DNA from: Squalus acanthias
Taxonomy: Eukaryota
Assembly (NCBI GenBank): GCA_030390025.1
Contig: CM059432.1
Span: 73,286,001 to 73,350,000, forward strand
DNA length: 64,000 nt
Direction of reading: 5' to 3'
Shown: positions 26,692-36,976 of the stretch, piece by piece
How positions within the stretch are numbered: the first letter of the stretch is position 1
Layout: each line of letters begins with the position of its first letter
Notes under the pieces: generated by a model
The model's input: the letters and a program-made list of their open reading frames with translations, nothing else
What the model was told of the DNA's origin: nothing
Databases searched by the model: none
Position numbers and translations under genes: made by a program

Positions 26692-29483
26692 TGTCGTAAG
26701 AATGAGCCTTACGCGTGGTGAACTTAAAGTAAGCTTTAATCAACTAAAAAGGTGCTACATACAAAAGAGGTCTTACTCTGGATCCAACTGATCAGTCCAG
26801 TATTTATCCTGGACTAATCACAGGAAGTGATGCAATAAAGTTCGAGTCACAGGAAGCAGTGTTGTGTTACCACATTCTCCCCCCCCCCCAAAAGATTAGG
26901 AGGCCGGGATGCTCCCTCCATTTCGTAGCCGCTGGACGAGGGAGAGCCGCACCCGTTTGGGTTCTCGTAGCGGTAGAGGGCCCCTAGCCCGTTTACCCGC
27001 CGTGGGCCGTGGACCAGAGTCCGAGTGATCCAGCCCGCTCTGTGAGGGGTCAGGACGATCCTGACTGTGTACTGGTGCCCGAACGGGTGTCGGGCAGGGC
27101 TGTGGCAGATCCGTTTCTGAGCGTACGGTACGGGGTGGATCGTGGCTGCGCGTGCGAGCCCCGATGGGCTCATAGTCAGTCTGCCCCAGGTCGGCACGCT
27201 GGAGTGAGGTACCAGCCGGCGTCAGATCCAGATCGTGATGAGAGGCACCTGGCGAGCCCAGAGATGTGCCTGGTACAATATCATCCCCTGGTGTCCCTCT
27301 ATGTTTCGGCGGGCAGGGAGCCAGATCCCGCAATGACACGGTAGATTCCCGACCGTCAGGATACCGAATATAGGCGTAGGTAGGGTTGACGTCAGTGAGC
27401 TCAACCTCATCTACCAGGGGGTCATTCTTAGACGCCCGGACATATCTTCGGAGTAGCACTGGTCCCGGTGCAGTCAGCCACGAAGGGAGAGATATCCCAT
27501 AGGATGAGCGACGCTGAAATCGGAAGAACCGTTCATGAGGCGTCGTATTTGTGGCGGTCGAAAGGAGGGACCGTGTGGAGTGTAATGCGTCTGGAAGTAC
27601 TGCTTCCCATTGCTGGTTGGGTAGGCCCCGAGATCTCAAAGCCAGACGTACCGCATTCCAGATGATAGCGTTATAACGCTCGACTTGCCCATTCCCGACC
27701 GGATGATAAGGCGTCGTTTTGCTGGCAGCAATACCCCGTTCCGAGAGATAGGCCTTGAGTTCTCCTGACATAAAAGAAGGGCCCCGATCCGAATGAACAT
27801 AGGATGCCATGCCACAGAAAGCAAATACCTGCTCAAGGCAGCTGATAACCGTGGTCGTCAGCATATTGGGGCAGGGAAAGGCAAACGGAAAACGGGAATA
27901 CTCATCGACCATGGTCAATAGATAAGTGTTGCGAGTTGAAGAGGGCAACGGCCCCTTAAAATCGATGCTAAGCCGTTGCATTGGCTGGGTCGCATGTATG
28001 AGTATACCACCCGAGGGGCGGAAAAACTGAGGTTTCAATTCCGCACAGACTCTGCAGTCCGAGCACATCTTCTTTACATCCCCGGTAGAGAATGGGAGAT
28101 TTCGGGACCGCACGAAGTGTAGCTTTAACTCTGCAACAATCTGTTCCCTAATGAAACTATCAGTGCTACCTGAGTCAATTAAGGCATCTAAAGTATGTCC
28201 ATTAATTGATGCTTTTGTAGCTGCATGGAATAGGTTCTGAGGACAAGCAGCTGTAATTGGTGTCGTTGCACAAAGAGTGGCTGAAACTCTAGGTGTGTTT
28301 CTTCGAGAGGAAACCCAAGAGGAAGCACGATAGATTTTAGCCGGAACATCTTGATAGGCCCTTACCGGGGCAGTTCGGTAGGACTTAGCTTGATAAGCCC
28401 TCGTAGAGGCTCTTGATAGGCAAACCTTTGCAAAATGACCCTTTTTGTTGCAATGACTGCAAAACGCATTGCGAGCAGGGCAGAATTTCCGAGGGTGAAA
28501 CTCATCACCACAAAAGAAGCATTTCTTAGATTGCCAAGAGGCTGCCACAGTGGGGTCATCATCCTCTTCATCAGTGACGTCATCACATTGATCGTCAGGG
28601 ATAAAGACCTCCCTAATAGAGTTCACCTGTGGCCTCTTAAATTGCCTGACTGTAGTTAAGGCAGTAGACCGAGGTCTGGGCACTGTATAAAGGTCTGCAT
28701 TTCTTTTTGCCAGATCTAGAGAGCAAGCCATGTCATAAGCTCTCTGAAGCTCAAGTGTCTTACTTTCCAGTAGACACTGGCGTATAAATGGGGAGGCAAG
28801 CCCGCAGATGAAAGCATCACGGATCATTTCTTCACGGTACAGCTCAGCTGAGGCCGCCTGAAAGTTACAGTCCATACTAAGTCTGCGAAGCTCTTGGAGG
28901 AATTTATCAATGGATTCCTCCGGCCCTTGTTGGGCTGTAGCTAGTAGATGTCTGGCATAGACCTCATTCGGTGTCTTAGTATATAGTCTCTTAAGCGTCC
29001 GAATTGCCTCCTCGTAACTGCCCCATTCCTCCACATACTGAAATAAATTCGGGGTGACACAGTTGATGAGTATCCGCAACTTTGAGTCATCATCAGCCTT
29101 GCAATATTCAAGAAAATTGTCAAACGTGCGATACCAGTGTTTCCACACCTTACCGGCTGCTGGGGTGTTTGGGTCCAAGTCAAGACGCGATGGTTTAAGG
29201 ATGTTTTCCATGATGGGTGATTCCCTGGATCCTTAGTTCCGAGTTCGTCCAAAAAGTTTGAGTGCGAAGTTTTTCAAAGTTGATTAAATTGTCGTAAGAA
29301 TGAGCCTTACGCGTGGTGAACTTAAAGTAAGCTTTAATCAACTAAAAAGGTGCTACATACAAAAGAGGTCTTACTCTATGCCTCTCCAGGATCCAACTGA
29401 TCAGTCCAGTATTTATCCTGGACTAATCACAGGAAGTGATGCAATAAAGTTCGAGTCACAGGAAGCTGTATTGTGTTACCACA
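26692..29483 (-). mobile_element. Ty3/Gypsy-type LTR retrotransposon with RT/RNaseH deleted
   Basis: TG..CA LTRs at 26692-26874 and 29290-29483 (two substitutions plus one 11-bp indel), TSD AGGAG, polypurine tract 26875-26889. Confidence 0.95.
26896..29211 (-). CDS. 771-aa Gag - partial protease - integrase fusion ORF
   Basis: Two CCHC knuckles, LIDSGS protease motif, then directly CxxC and a D,D,E core (SIDFKGP, HSDRG, GQVERYN); no RT motifs; no chromodomain. Confidence 0.85.
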   Translation of the reverse strand: MENILKPSRLDLDPNTPAAGKVWKHWYRTFDNFLEYCKADDDSKLRILINCVTPNLFQYVEEWGSYEEAIRTLKRLYTKTPNEVYARHLLATAQQGPEESIDKFLQELRRLSMDCNFQAASAELYREEMIRDAFICGLASPFIRQCLLESKTLELQRAYDMACSLDLAKRNADLYTVPRPRSTALTTVRQFKRPQVNSIREVFIPDDQCDDVTDEEDDDPTVAASWQSKKCFFCGDEFHPRKFCPARNAFCSHCNKKGHFAKVCLSRASTRAYQAKSYRTAPVRAYQDVPAKIYRASSWVSSRRNTPRVSATLCATTPITAACPQNLFHAATKASINGHTLDALIDSGSTDSFIREQIVAELKLHFVRSRNLPFSTGDVKKMCSDCRVCAELKPQFFRPSGGILIHATQPMQRLSIDFKGPLPSSTRNTYLLTMVDEYSRFPFAFPCPNMLTTTVISCLEQVFAFCGMASYVHSDRGPSFMSGELKAYLSERGIAASKTTPYHPVGNGQVERYNAIIWNAVRLALRSRGLPNQQWEAVLPDALHSTRSLLSTATNTTPHERFFRFQRRSSYGISLPSWLTAPGPVLLRRYVRASKNDPLVDEVELTDVNPTYAYIRYPDGRESTVSLRDLAPCPPKHRGTPGDDIVPGTSLGSPGASHHDLDLTPAGTSLQRADLGQTDYEPIGARTRSHDPPRTVRSETDLPQPCPTPVRAPVHSQDRPDPSQSGLDHSDSGPRPTAGKRARGPLPLREPKRVRLSLVQRLRNGGSIPAS

Positions 29484-31262
29484 AGGAGGAGGCTCCATGA
29501 ATATCCCCATCCTCAATGATGGTGGAGCCCAGCACGTGAGTGCAAAAGACAAGGCTGAAGCGTTTGCAACCATCTTCAGCCAGAGGTGCCGAGTGGGTGA
29601 TCCATATTAGCCTACTCCTGAGGTCCCCACCATTACAGAAGCCAGTCTTCAGCCAATTCGATTCACTCCACATGATATCAAGAAATGGCTGACTGCACTG
29701 GATACAGCAAAGGCTATGGGCCCCGACAACATCCCGGCTATCGTGCTGAAGACTTGTGCTCCAGAACTAGCCGCGCTTCTAGCCAAGCTGTTCCAGTACA
29801 GCTATAGCTCTGGCATCTATCCGACAATGTGGAAAACGGCCCAGGTATGTCCTGTCCACAAAAAGAAGGACAAATCTAATCCGGACAATTACCGCCCCAC
29901 CAATCTACACTCAATCATCAGCAAAGTGATGGAAGGTGTCATCGACAGTGCTATCAAGCGGCACTTACTCACCAACAACCTGCTCATTGATGTCCAGTTT
30001 GGGTTCCGCCAAGACCACTCGGCTCCCGACCTCATTACAGCCTTGGTCCAAACATGGACAAAGGAGCTGAATTCCAGAGGTGAGGTGAGAGTGACTGCCC
30101 TTGACATCAAGGCAGCATTTGACTGAGTGTGGCATCAAGGAGCCCTAGTAAAACTGAAGCCAATGGGAATCGGGGGGAAAACTCTCCACTGGCTGGAGTC
30201 ATACCTAGCACAAAGGAAGGTAGTTGTGGTGGTTGAAGGTCAATCATCACAGCCCCAGGACATCGTTGCAGGAGTTCCTCAGGGCAGTGTCCTAGGCCCA
30301 ACCATCTTCAGCAGCTTCATAAATGATCTGCCCTCCAACATAAGGTCAGAAATGGGGATGTTCGCTGATGACTGCACAGTGTTCAGCGCCATTCACAACT
30401 CCTCAGATAATGAAGCAGCCCATGTCCGCATGCAACTAGACCTGGACGACATTCAGGCTTGGGCTGATAAGTGGTAGGTAACATTCATGCCACAGAAGTG
30501 CCAGGCAATGACTATCTCCCACAAGCGAGAGTCTAACCACCTCCCTTTGACATTCAACGGTATTACCATCGCCGAATCCCCCACCATCAACATCCTGGGG
30601 GGTCACCATTGACCAGAAACGTAACTGGACCAGCCACATAAATACTGTGGCAACAAGAGCAGGTCAGAGGCTAGGTATTCTGTGGTGAGTGTCTCACCTC
30701 CTGACTCCCCAATGCCTTTCCACCATATACAAGGCACAAGTAAGGAGTGCGATGGAATACTCTCCACTTGCCTGGATGGGTGCAGCTCCAACAACACTCA
30801 AAAAGCTCGACACCATCCAGGACAAAGCAGCCCGCTTGATTGGCACCCCATTCACCACCTTAAACATTCACTCCCTCCACCACCAGCGTACCGTGGCTGC
30901 AGTGTGTACCATCTACAAGATGCACTGTAGCAACTCACCAAGGCTTCTTCAGCAGCACCTCCCAAACCCGCGACCTCTTCCACCTAGAAGGACAAGGCCA
31001 GCAGGTCCATGGGAACCACCTCCAAGTTCCCCTCTAAGTCACACATCATCCTGACTTGGAAGTATATCGCCGATCCTTCATCGTCACTGGGTCATAATCC
31101 TGGAACTCCCTACCTAACAGCACTGTGGGAGTACCTTCATCATACGGACTGCAGCGGTTCAAGAAGGCGGCTCACCACCACCTTCTCAAGGGCAATTAGG
31201 GATGGGCAATAAATGCTGGCCTTGCCAGCGATGCCCACATCCCATAAACAAATTAAAAAAAA

Positions 31263-31616
31263 ACATGCCTTAGAGGCGGTGCAACAAAAGTTCACTAGAT
31301 TGATCCCTGGGATGAGAGGGTTGTCCTATGAGGCGAGATTGTGTAGATTGGGCCTCTATTATCTGGAGTTTAGAAGAATGAGAGGTGATCTCATTGAAGC
31401 ATATAAGATTCTGAGGGGGTTTGACAGGGTAGATGCTGAGAGGTTGTTTCCCCTGGCTGGAGAGTCTAGAACTAGGGGGCATTGTCTCAGGATAATGGGG
31501 TCGGCCATTTAAGACTGAGATGAGGAGGAATTTCTTCACTCAGAGGGTTGTGAATCTTTGGAATTCTCTACCCCAATGGGCTGTGGATGCTGAGTCTTTG
31601 AGTATATTCAAGGCTG
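31263..31616 (+). mobile_element. CR1 fragment cut by an LTR
   Basis: ALEAVQQKFTRLIPGMRGLSYE; ends abruptly before the normal tail. Confidence 0.9.
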
Positions 31617-32795
31617 TGTAAGGGTTCGGACTGGTGCGAGGTGAGGCTTTCGTTGCCTGCACTATTGCTTGCTCTGGTCTCCGGCCAGACTTTTGCAATA
31701 AGCACCTGTGAGTGGTTCGACCGACTCGCCCTTACGGTTCTGACACCTGGACTTAGATGCAAGGAGCAGTAATGCAGAGAAAGACTCAAATAGACCTGGT
31801 TGAATAGCACGAAATGAATGCCTTTATTGCATGGTGTCCAAAATAATGAAATACATGTCATAGGTGCAGATCAAAGAGAGTACCAGTATACACACGTTTA
31901 TAAAACTTGGTCTATGGAAATGGGGAACACACGACACATCGTAAAAGGGGGAACACATTATACATTAACCTTAGGAACCACCCTCCCTTAATATGCCTAA
32001 ACTACGTCTGGATTTGTAGGATCAGGAAACATGCTCACCACTCGGCTCACTTCGGAAACTTAAAATGAGGCTCTCAGCTCGTTTCGCTGCAGCGCCTGGC
32101 TGTCACGTGGCTGTAAGGGCTTCTGCACCCGACTTGTTTACTCTCGCTGCCGCGAATGGGTCCACTTGAGACGGCCCCGGTAAAGTTCGTCGCGGATGGC
32201 TCGGGCTACCCGCTCAAAGAGCCGGAGGGTAAGCCAGACTCCCTGATGTCATGAAGTAGTTTGTGGAATTCAAACCGGGTCATGAAGTAGTCTGTAGAAT
32301 TCGAACTGGTGGACTCTGCCGTTTATCTTCGGGCGCGGTCGGGGTTTACTGACCGTAGCGCCACGTGGAATTTCTTCTCGTCTTTCTTCTCGTCACTCGG
32401 GCCTCGCTTGGCCGAGATTCTCTTCTTCCTCGCCACCGACGGCTGGTCGCTCGGGAACACACCGCTGTGTTGCCCTGATGGGTCCGGACACCGTTTACCG
32501 ACGATCGGGATGGTGTACCCTACTGCCTGCCGTGTCGAGGTGGCTCGTTCTGAGGTTCCGTTTCTGGCCGACACGGACCACGAACAACGAACTCGAACTT
32601 GACCTCCACCCAACACTCGAATAACCGACCAGCACAGCACCGCCGAAGGAACCAGCGCAAGAGAAGAGGCCGATTCCTCTTTTCTCCGTAACTGACCGTA
32701 ACTCGTCACTGTAACTGCTTCATCTCCAACTCGTAACTGTGTCTGTGTCTGTTTCAAAACTCACTCCCGATGAACATTTGCCCTCTATAGTTATA
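31617..32795 (-). mobile_element. Partial long LTR (U5/R side), copy A
   Basis: Terminal TGTAAGGG, minus-strand AATAAA near 31825, TATA-like TATAACTATA at 32786-32795; motifs shared with 62365-63875; 31617-31959 is an inverted copy of 36977-37332. Confidence 0.7.
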
Positions 32796-33153
32796 GGGGG
32801 AAAAATTCAGTCGCGCCCCGTTTGGGGCGCACATATCGTCCGGGCGCAAAAATTAGCGCCTGGCGCTAATTATCGCCACTGACTGGAAACTTCACTTTTA
32901 ACGCCCCTGGAGGTGATTGGAGCGCTAAATCAGGCGCTGCACACCTGTCTTAAGGCGCAAAGGCCGAGGAGTGAGGCGCTAACTCAGAGCGCGAGCGCAG
33001 CGCAGGTGCTGCCAGTTAGCGAGGGAACAGAGACACACTGGCGCCGGCCAGTTCTTAAAGGGGGGGGGCGATCTTGCTCCCCAGCCACACACTGCTCATT
33101 GCAGCCTTGAATCTCGGCCTGGAGAGACCTGTGAATCCATTTTGCAGCCAAGG

Positions 33154-34996
33154 ATGGAGAGGGTGAGAGAACGAGCTCAGCGCTTCACCGAGCGGGCCTT
33201 GGATGCTCTGGTTGGCGCGGTGGAGCGCCGAAGAGCAATACTGTACCCAGAGAGTGGCAGGAGGCCTTTGCCGCGCGACTACAGAAGAGTGTGGAGGGAG
33301 GTGGCTCAGCGCGTCTCCTCCAGGAGCATGGTGCCCAGGACCCATGTCCAATGCCGGAAAAAGTTCAACGACCTCACTCGGGTCGTCAGGGTGAGTGGCT
33401 TTTTTGCAATACCTCTCCATCCCTCCATCTCAACCTCACTCTATGGCCAGAGGGTCTTAAAACCACAATTAACAACACTCATCCAACACCTATGGCCCTT
33501 TCATGAAGCACACACACACATTCCATACTTTGCATACAGTAAGGGCTATTCACCTATGGGAGGCACATCAGGCAAGACCATGCTGTATACAGTAAGGGCT
33601 ATTCACCTATGGGAGGCACATCAGGCAAGACCATGGCTGTATACAGTAAGGGCTATTCACCTATGGGAGGCACATCAGGCAAGACCATGGCTGTATATTT
33701 ACTCAGACGCCGTCCTTTTTCTTGCAGGCCAAGCTGGCGCATAATAGGAGACAGCAGCAACGGACGGGTGGAGGGCGGCCTCAGCTGCAACCCCTCAGCG
33801 ATCTGGAGGAGCGCGTCCACAGGATTGTGGCAAGCCGGGTGATCGGTCCCGTCGCCACTGGAGACGCCGACCCCGTTCTGGACAGCAATGGTAAGGTCAT
33901 CACCTTTTTGTCCTCTGTCCTTCCACTTGTCCCTCACAACACCAGCCTTTGACACTTTCAATCCAACTTGCTAACTCGCTGCACTTATTCCTCCCTTACT
34001 GCCACCCTGTCCTCACGCTAAAGCCACTCTTGTACCTCCCTGCTTTCAGATGGTGATTCACCAGCTGAGGAGACGGGCCCTGAAGCTGCCAGTGGGAGTG
34101 AAGCTGCAGCCGAGGAGGAAGAGGAAGCCGGAGCATCAGTGCCACCCTCTCCCGAGGAAGCCCATGCCGACACTGGGAACACGCCTTCCCTGGAGGGGAG
34201 CAGGGGGGAAGGGTCTGATGAGGGTGAAGCTCCAGGACCCAGCGGGCTGCAGCAACGCGATGGGGGTAGGGAAGCTCGGGGGCCTTCTCCCCGGAGGGAG
34301 AGTATGCCAGCGAGTCCTGCTGCACTGGACGCAGAGGAGGAGCGGCTGATCGCGGAAATGAACACCCAGGCGGTGGGCATGCACACTGAGCTCATGGCTG
34401 CAGTGGGTAGGGTGCCCGAATGCATTGAAGTACTGGCAAGGAGTGTGGAGCACTTCGCTGCAGCGCAGGCGGATGCGACACTGAAGCTCAGTGCTGCAAT
34501 TCAATCTCAGACTGCTCTCATGCAGACTCAGATTGAGGCCACGCGAGTACTGTCTGCTGCCATCCTCGCTGGTTCGTTCACATTTCCCCGGGGCTCTCAC
34601 CGCGCCGCAGCAGGCCAGCAATCTGTGCTCCAGCAGTTTGCTCCGGATGCTGAGGTGCTGCCCCGTGGGAGTGCCAGTGTGCCGGTCGAGCAGGGAGTTG
34701 CTATCCTCGCTCAAGATGACAGCATTCCTGCTGCCACCACTGTCACTTCTCCACTGCAGTTGCCACCGCCTGTAGGACAGACTGCTGCCGCCCATGCAGA
34801 GTTGGTGCAGTCTGCAGCCGGGCCCTCCAGGCCCAGAGCTGGTCGAGGCCGTCCCTCAAGGGCATCTGCATTGTCAGGGCCTGACAGTCAGCAGCCTTCC
34901 ACCAGCCTTGCTGCAGCCACTGAGGTCCCATTGCGGAGGAGCAGTAGGGTAAGAAGGGGGGAAGGGCGCACGGGAAGGAGTTCACCCTCGATGTAG
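33154..34996 (+). CDS. Myb/SANT-like DNA-binding partner protein, 448 aa; exons 33154-33390, 33728-33890, 34050-34996
   Basis: GT-AG introns with matching phases (0 and 1) give one uninterrupted frame; RFTERALDALV..W.EVA..QCRKKFNDL motif, acidic linker, coiled-coil-like region. Confidence 0.85.
33534..33697 (+). repeat. Tandem repeat, 3 x 53-54 bp, in intron 1 of the Myb gene
   Basis: Unit ATACAGTAAGGGCTATTCACCTATGGGAGGCACATCAGGCAAGACCATG(G)CTGT starts at 33534, 33587 and 33641. Confidence 0.95.
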
Positions 34997-35307
34997 GAGG
35001 TGTGACAAAATGCTGGTCATTTTTTTATTAAAGGCCGAGGTTCGTGGTCAAACTTTTGTTGAGTGTTTTGCACATGATCTCCAGGTTGTGAGAACCAGTT
35101 ATGGTAATGACTGTTTTTTTGTGTTTATTTGTATGAGTTTGTCATGAAGAAATGACACACACAGAGTTTGTAAAATAAATAAGTTTTGGTACTCAAAATA
35201 TACATGTTTGGTGTTTGGAATCAGTGGTGCCTTGGCCGGCTTAGGGGTTGCGTGTTGGGATCATTCATGCTGTTCTCAATGGCAGAAGCCATTTCCACAG
35301 CAGGGGC

Positions 35308-35406
35308 CTAGAAGTGGCTTGCTATCAGCCGCTGACGGACGGCCCTTGCAGTTTCACCATTGTGGGCCGCCCTCACGCCTTGGTGCTGCTGCTGATCATC
35401 CTCCTC

Positions 35407-35437
<31 letters not shown>

Positions 35438-36468
35438 GGTGGTGCTCCAAGGCCTGGTGGCATTGGCTGGGTCCTGAGGATTGCCATGTTATGCAGCATG
35501 CAGCACACATCTACGATGCTGGAAACTCGCTCAGGCGAGTACTGCAGGGCTCCTCCAGAATGGTCGAGACAGCGGAACCGTTGCTTGAGCACGCCGATTG
35601 TGTGCTCCATGATGTTCCTGGTAGCTTGATGGCTCTCGTTGTACCGCAGCTCAGCAGGGGTGTTGGGCGTACGGAGTGGTGTCATCAGCCAGGTGCGCAG
35701 TGGATACCCCTTGTCCCCGAGAAGCCAACCAACTGGCTGATGCGGTGCCTCGAAAAGTTCTGCCACAGTAGTCTGGCACAGGATAAAAGCATCGTGGCAG
35801 CTGCCAGGATAGTGGGCATTGACAGCGAGTATCAGCTGTCTGTGGTCACAGACCAACTGAACATTCAAGGAATGGAACCCCTTTCTGTTCCGGAAATCCT
35901 CGGCATTCTCATGCGGAGCACGCAAAGCCACATGCGTGCAGTCAATGGCGCCCTGCACCATGGGGAAGCCCGCTATCCTCGCAAAGCCCAGAGCGCGGTC
36001 ACGCTGCTTGTCTGGGGTCATGGGGAAAGAGATGAACTCTCGTCTCCTTTTAAAGAGGGCATTTGTGACTTTCCTGATGCAGCAGTGCACCGCGAACTGG
36101 GAGATATTGGCGATGTCCCGAACAGCAGATTGAAATGAGCCAGTAGCATAAAAGTTCAGAGCCACTGTGACCTTCACTGCCACCGACAGAGACGTCCTGG
36201 ACCTCAGCTGAGGCTGCAGATCTGGCTGCAGCAGGTGGCAGAGCTCAGTGACCACCTCCTTGCTGAAGCGCAGCCTTCGCAAACACTGCTCCTCAGACAT
36301 ATGAATGTAGGAGAGCTGTTCACGATATACCCTGGGAGGGTAAGCTCTCCTGTACAGACGCCTGTTGGCCCTCCTCCGTCTGGCCATCATTGCCACTCTC
36401 TCTCTGCGTCTCTGTGTCCTCCGATTCAGCTGGCGCAGGACGACGCCCCCCATCAGTGCAGCCCCCAT
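35308..36468 (-). CDS. Harbinger DDE transposase (HARBI1-like), 386 aa, intact
   Basis: GAIDCTH, LGDKGY and IMEHTIG catalytic motifs; N-terminal HTH region; upstream TATTTAAA near 36660-36667. Confidence 0.92.
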
Positions 36469-36976
36469 ATCTCTAAGCAAGCAAAGTTATGAAGGCCAGA
36501 AACCAAAGTACCAGCGAAGTTAGGATGAGTAGCCAAAACTACCTGACACAGCGTTGGCTCAATGCAGAAGTCTCTCTTTCTCTCTCTCCGAATCTCTCTC
36601 TCTCTCAGAACGAGTGGTGCAAAAATGTCCACCACAGAGAAAGACAGGAAGAGGCCCCCTTTAAATAGCGCCCCCCCCAGCCCCACAGCGAATGATAGCG
36701 TTCCACTCTACCGGTCGTTGGATGCGCCAGGCGGTAAGGATGGGGGCGCCACTGAAATTCTGCTCCGGGGTGCCACAAGGGCGTTGCACTTTCGTATGAC
36801 GTCACAATCTGCGCGCGCAAGAGATCGCGGCGATAAAGTTTAGCGCCGCCGCTAAATGTCTAGTTAAGTTCCCGAGCGGCGCAAACATCGCTGCGCCCGG
36901 GCGCTAGCTGCTTTGCGCCCCATTAGCGCCCTCTTAAGGCGCTAACGGGAGGCGCAACCAACTGAATTTTTCCCCC

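Larger units (their letters stand above)
26550..31262 (+). mobile_element. CR1-group LINE of a distinct family, 5'-truncated, interrupted by the Gypsy element
   Basis: [32 protein letters not shown] with stops and frameshifts; tail with AATAAA and poly(A). Confidence 0.9.
32796..36976. mobile_element. Apparently intact autonomous PIF/Harbinger transposon (4181 bp)
   Basis: Perfect 16-bp TIR GGGGGAAAAATTCAGT; both genes open; CpG-rich ends. Confidence 0.95.

Noticed and set aside
32112..32119. Internal TGTAAGGG as the start of a solo LTR ending at 37332
   Set aside because: No TSD (TGGC versus GGAG), and the sequence reads as a continuation of minus-strand LTR A up to its TATA-like box
32323..32757. 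144-aa ORF inside LTR A
   Set aside because: Non-ATG start, no motifs and no counterpart seen in the related solo LTR
33534..33697. CRISPR-like array
   Set aside because: Units are contiguous with no unique spacers; eukaryotic intron; no cas genes
35248..36138. 296-aa ORF antisense to the transposase, and similar antisense ORFs in CR1 and Myb regions
   Set aside because: Shadow frames of real coding sequence with no recognisable motifs
35308..36468. Host HARBI1 and NAIF1 genes
   Set aside because: Enclosed by TIRs, convergent transposon layout and multiple related copies in the window
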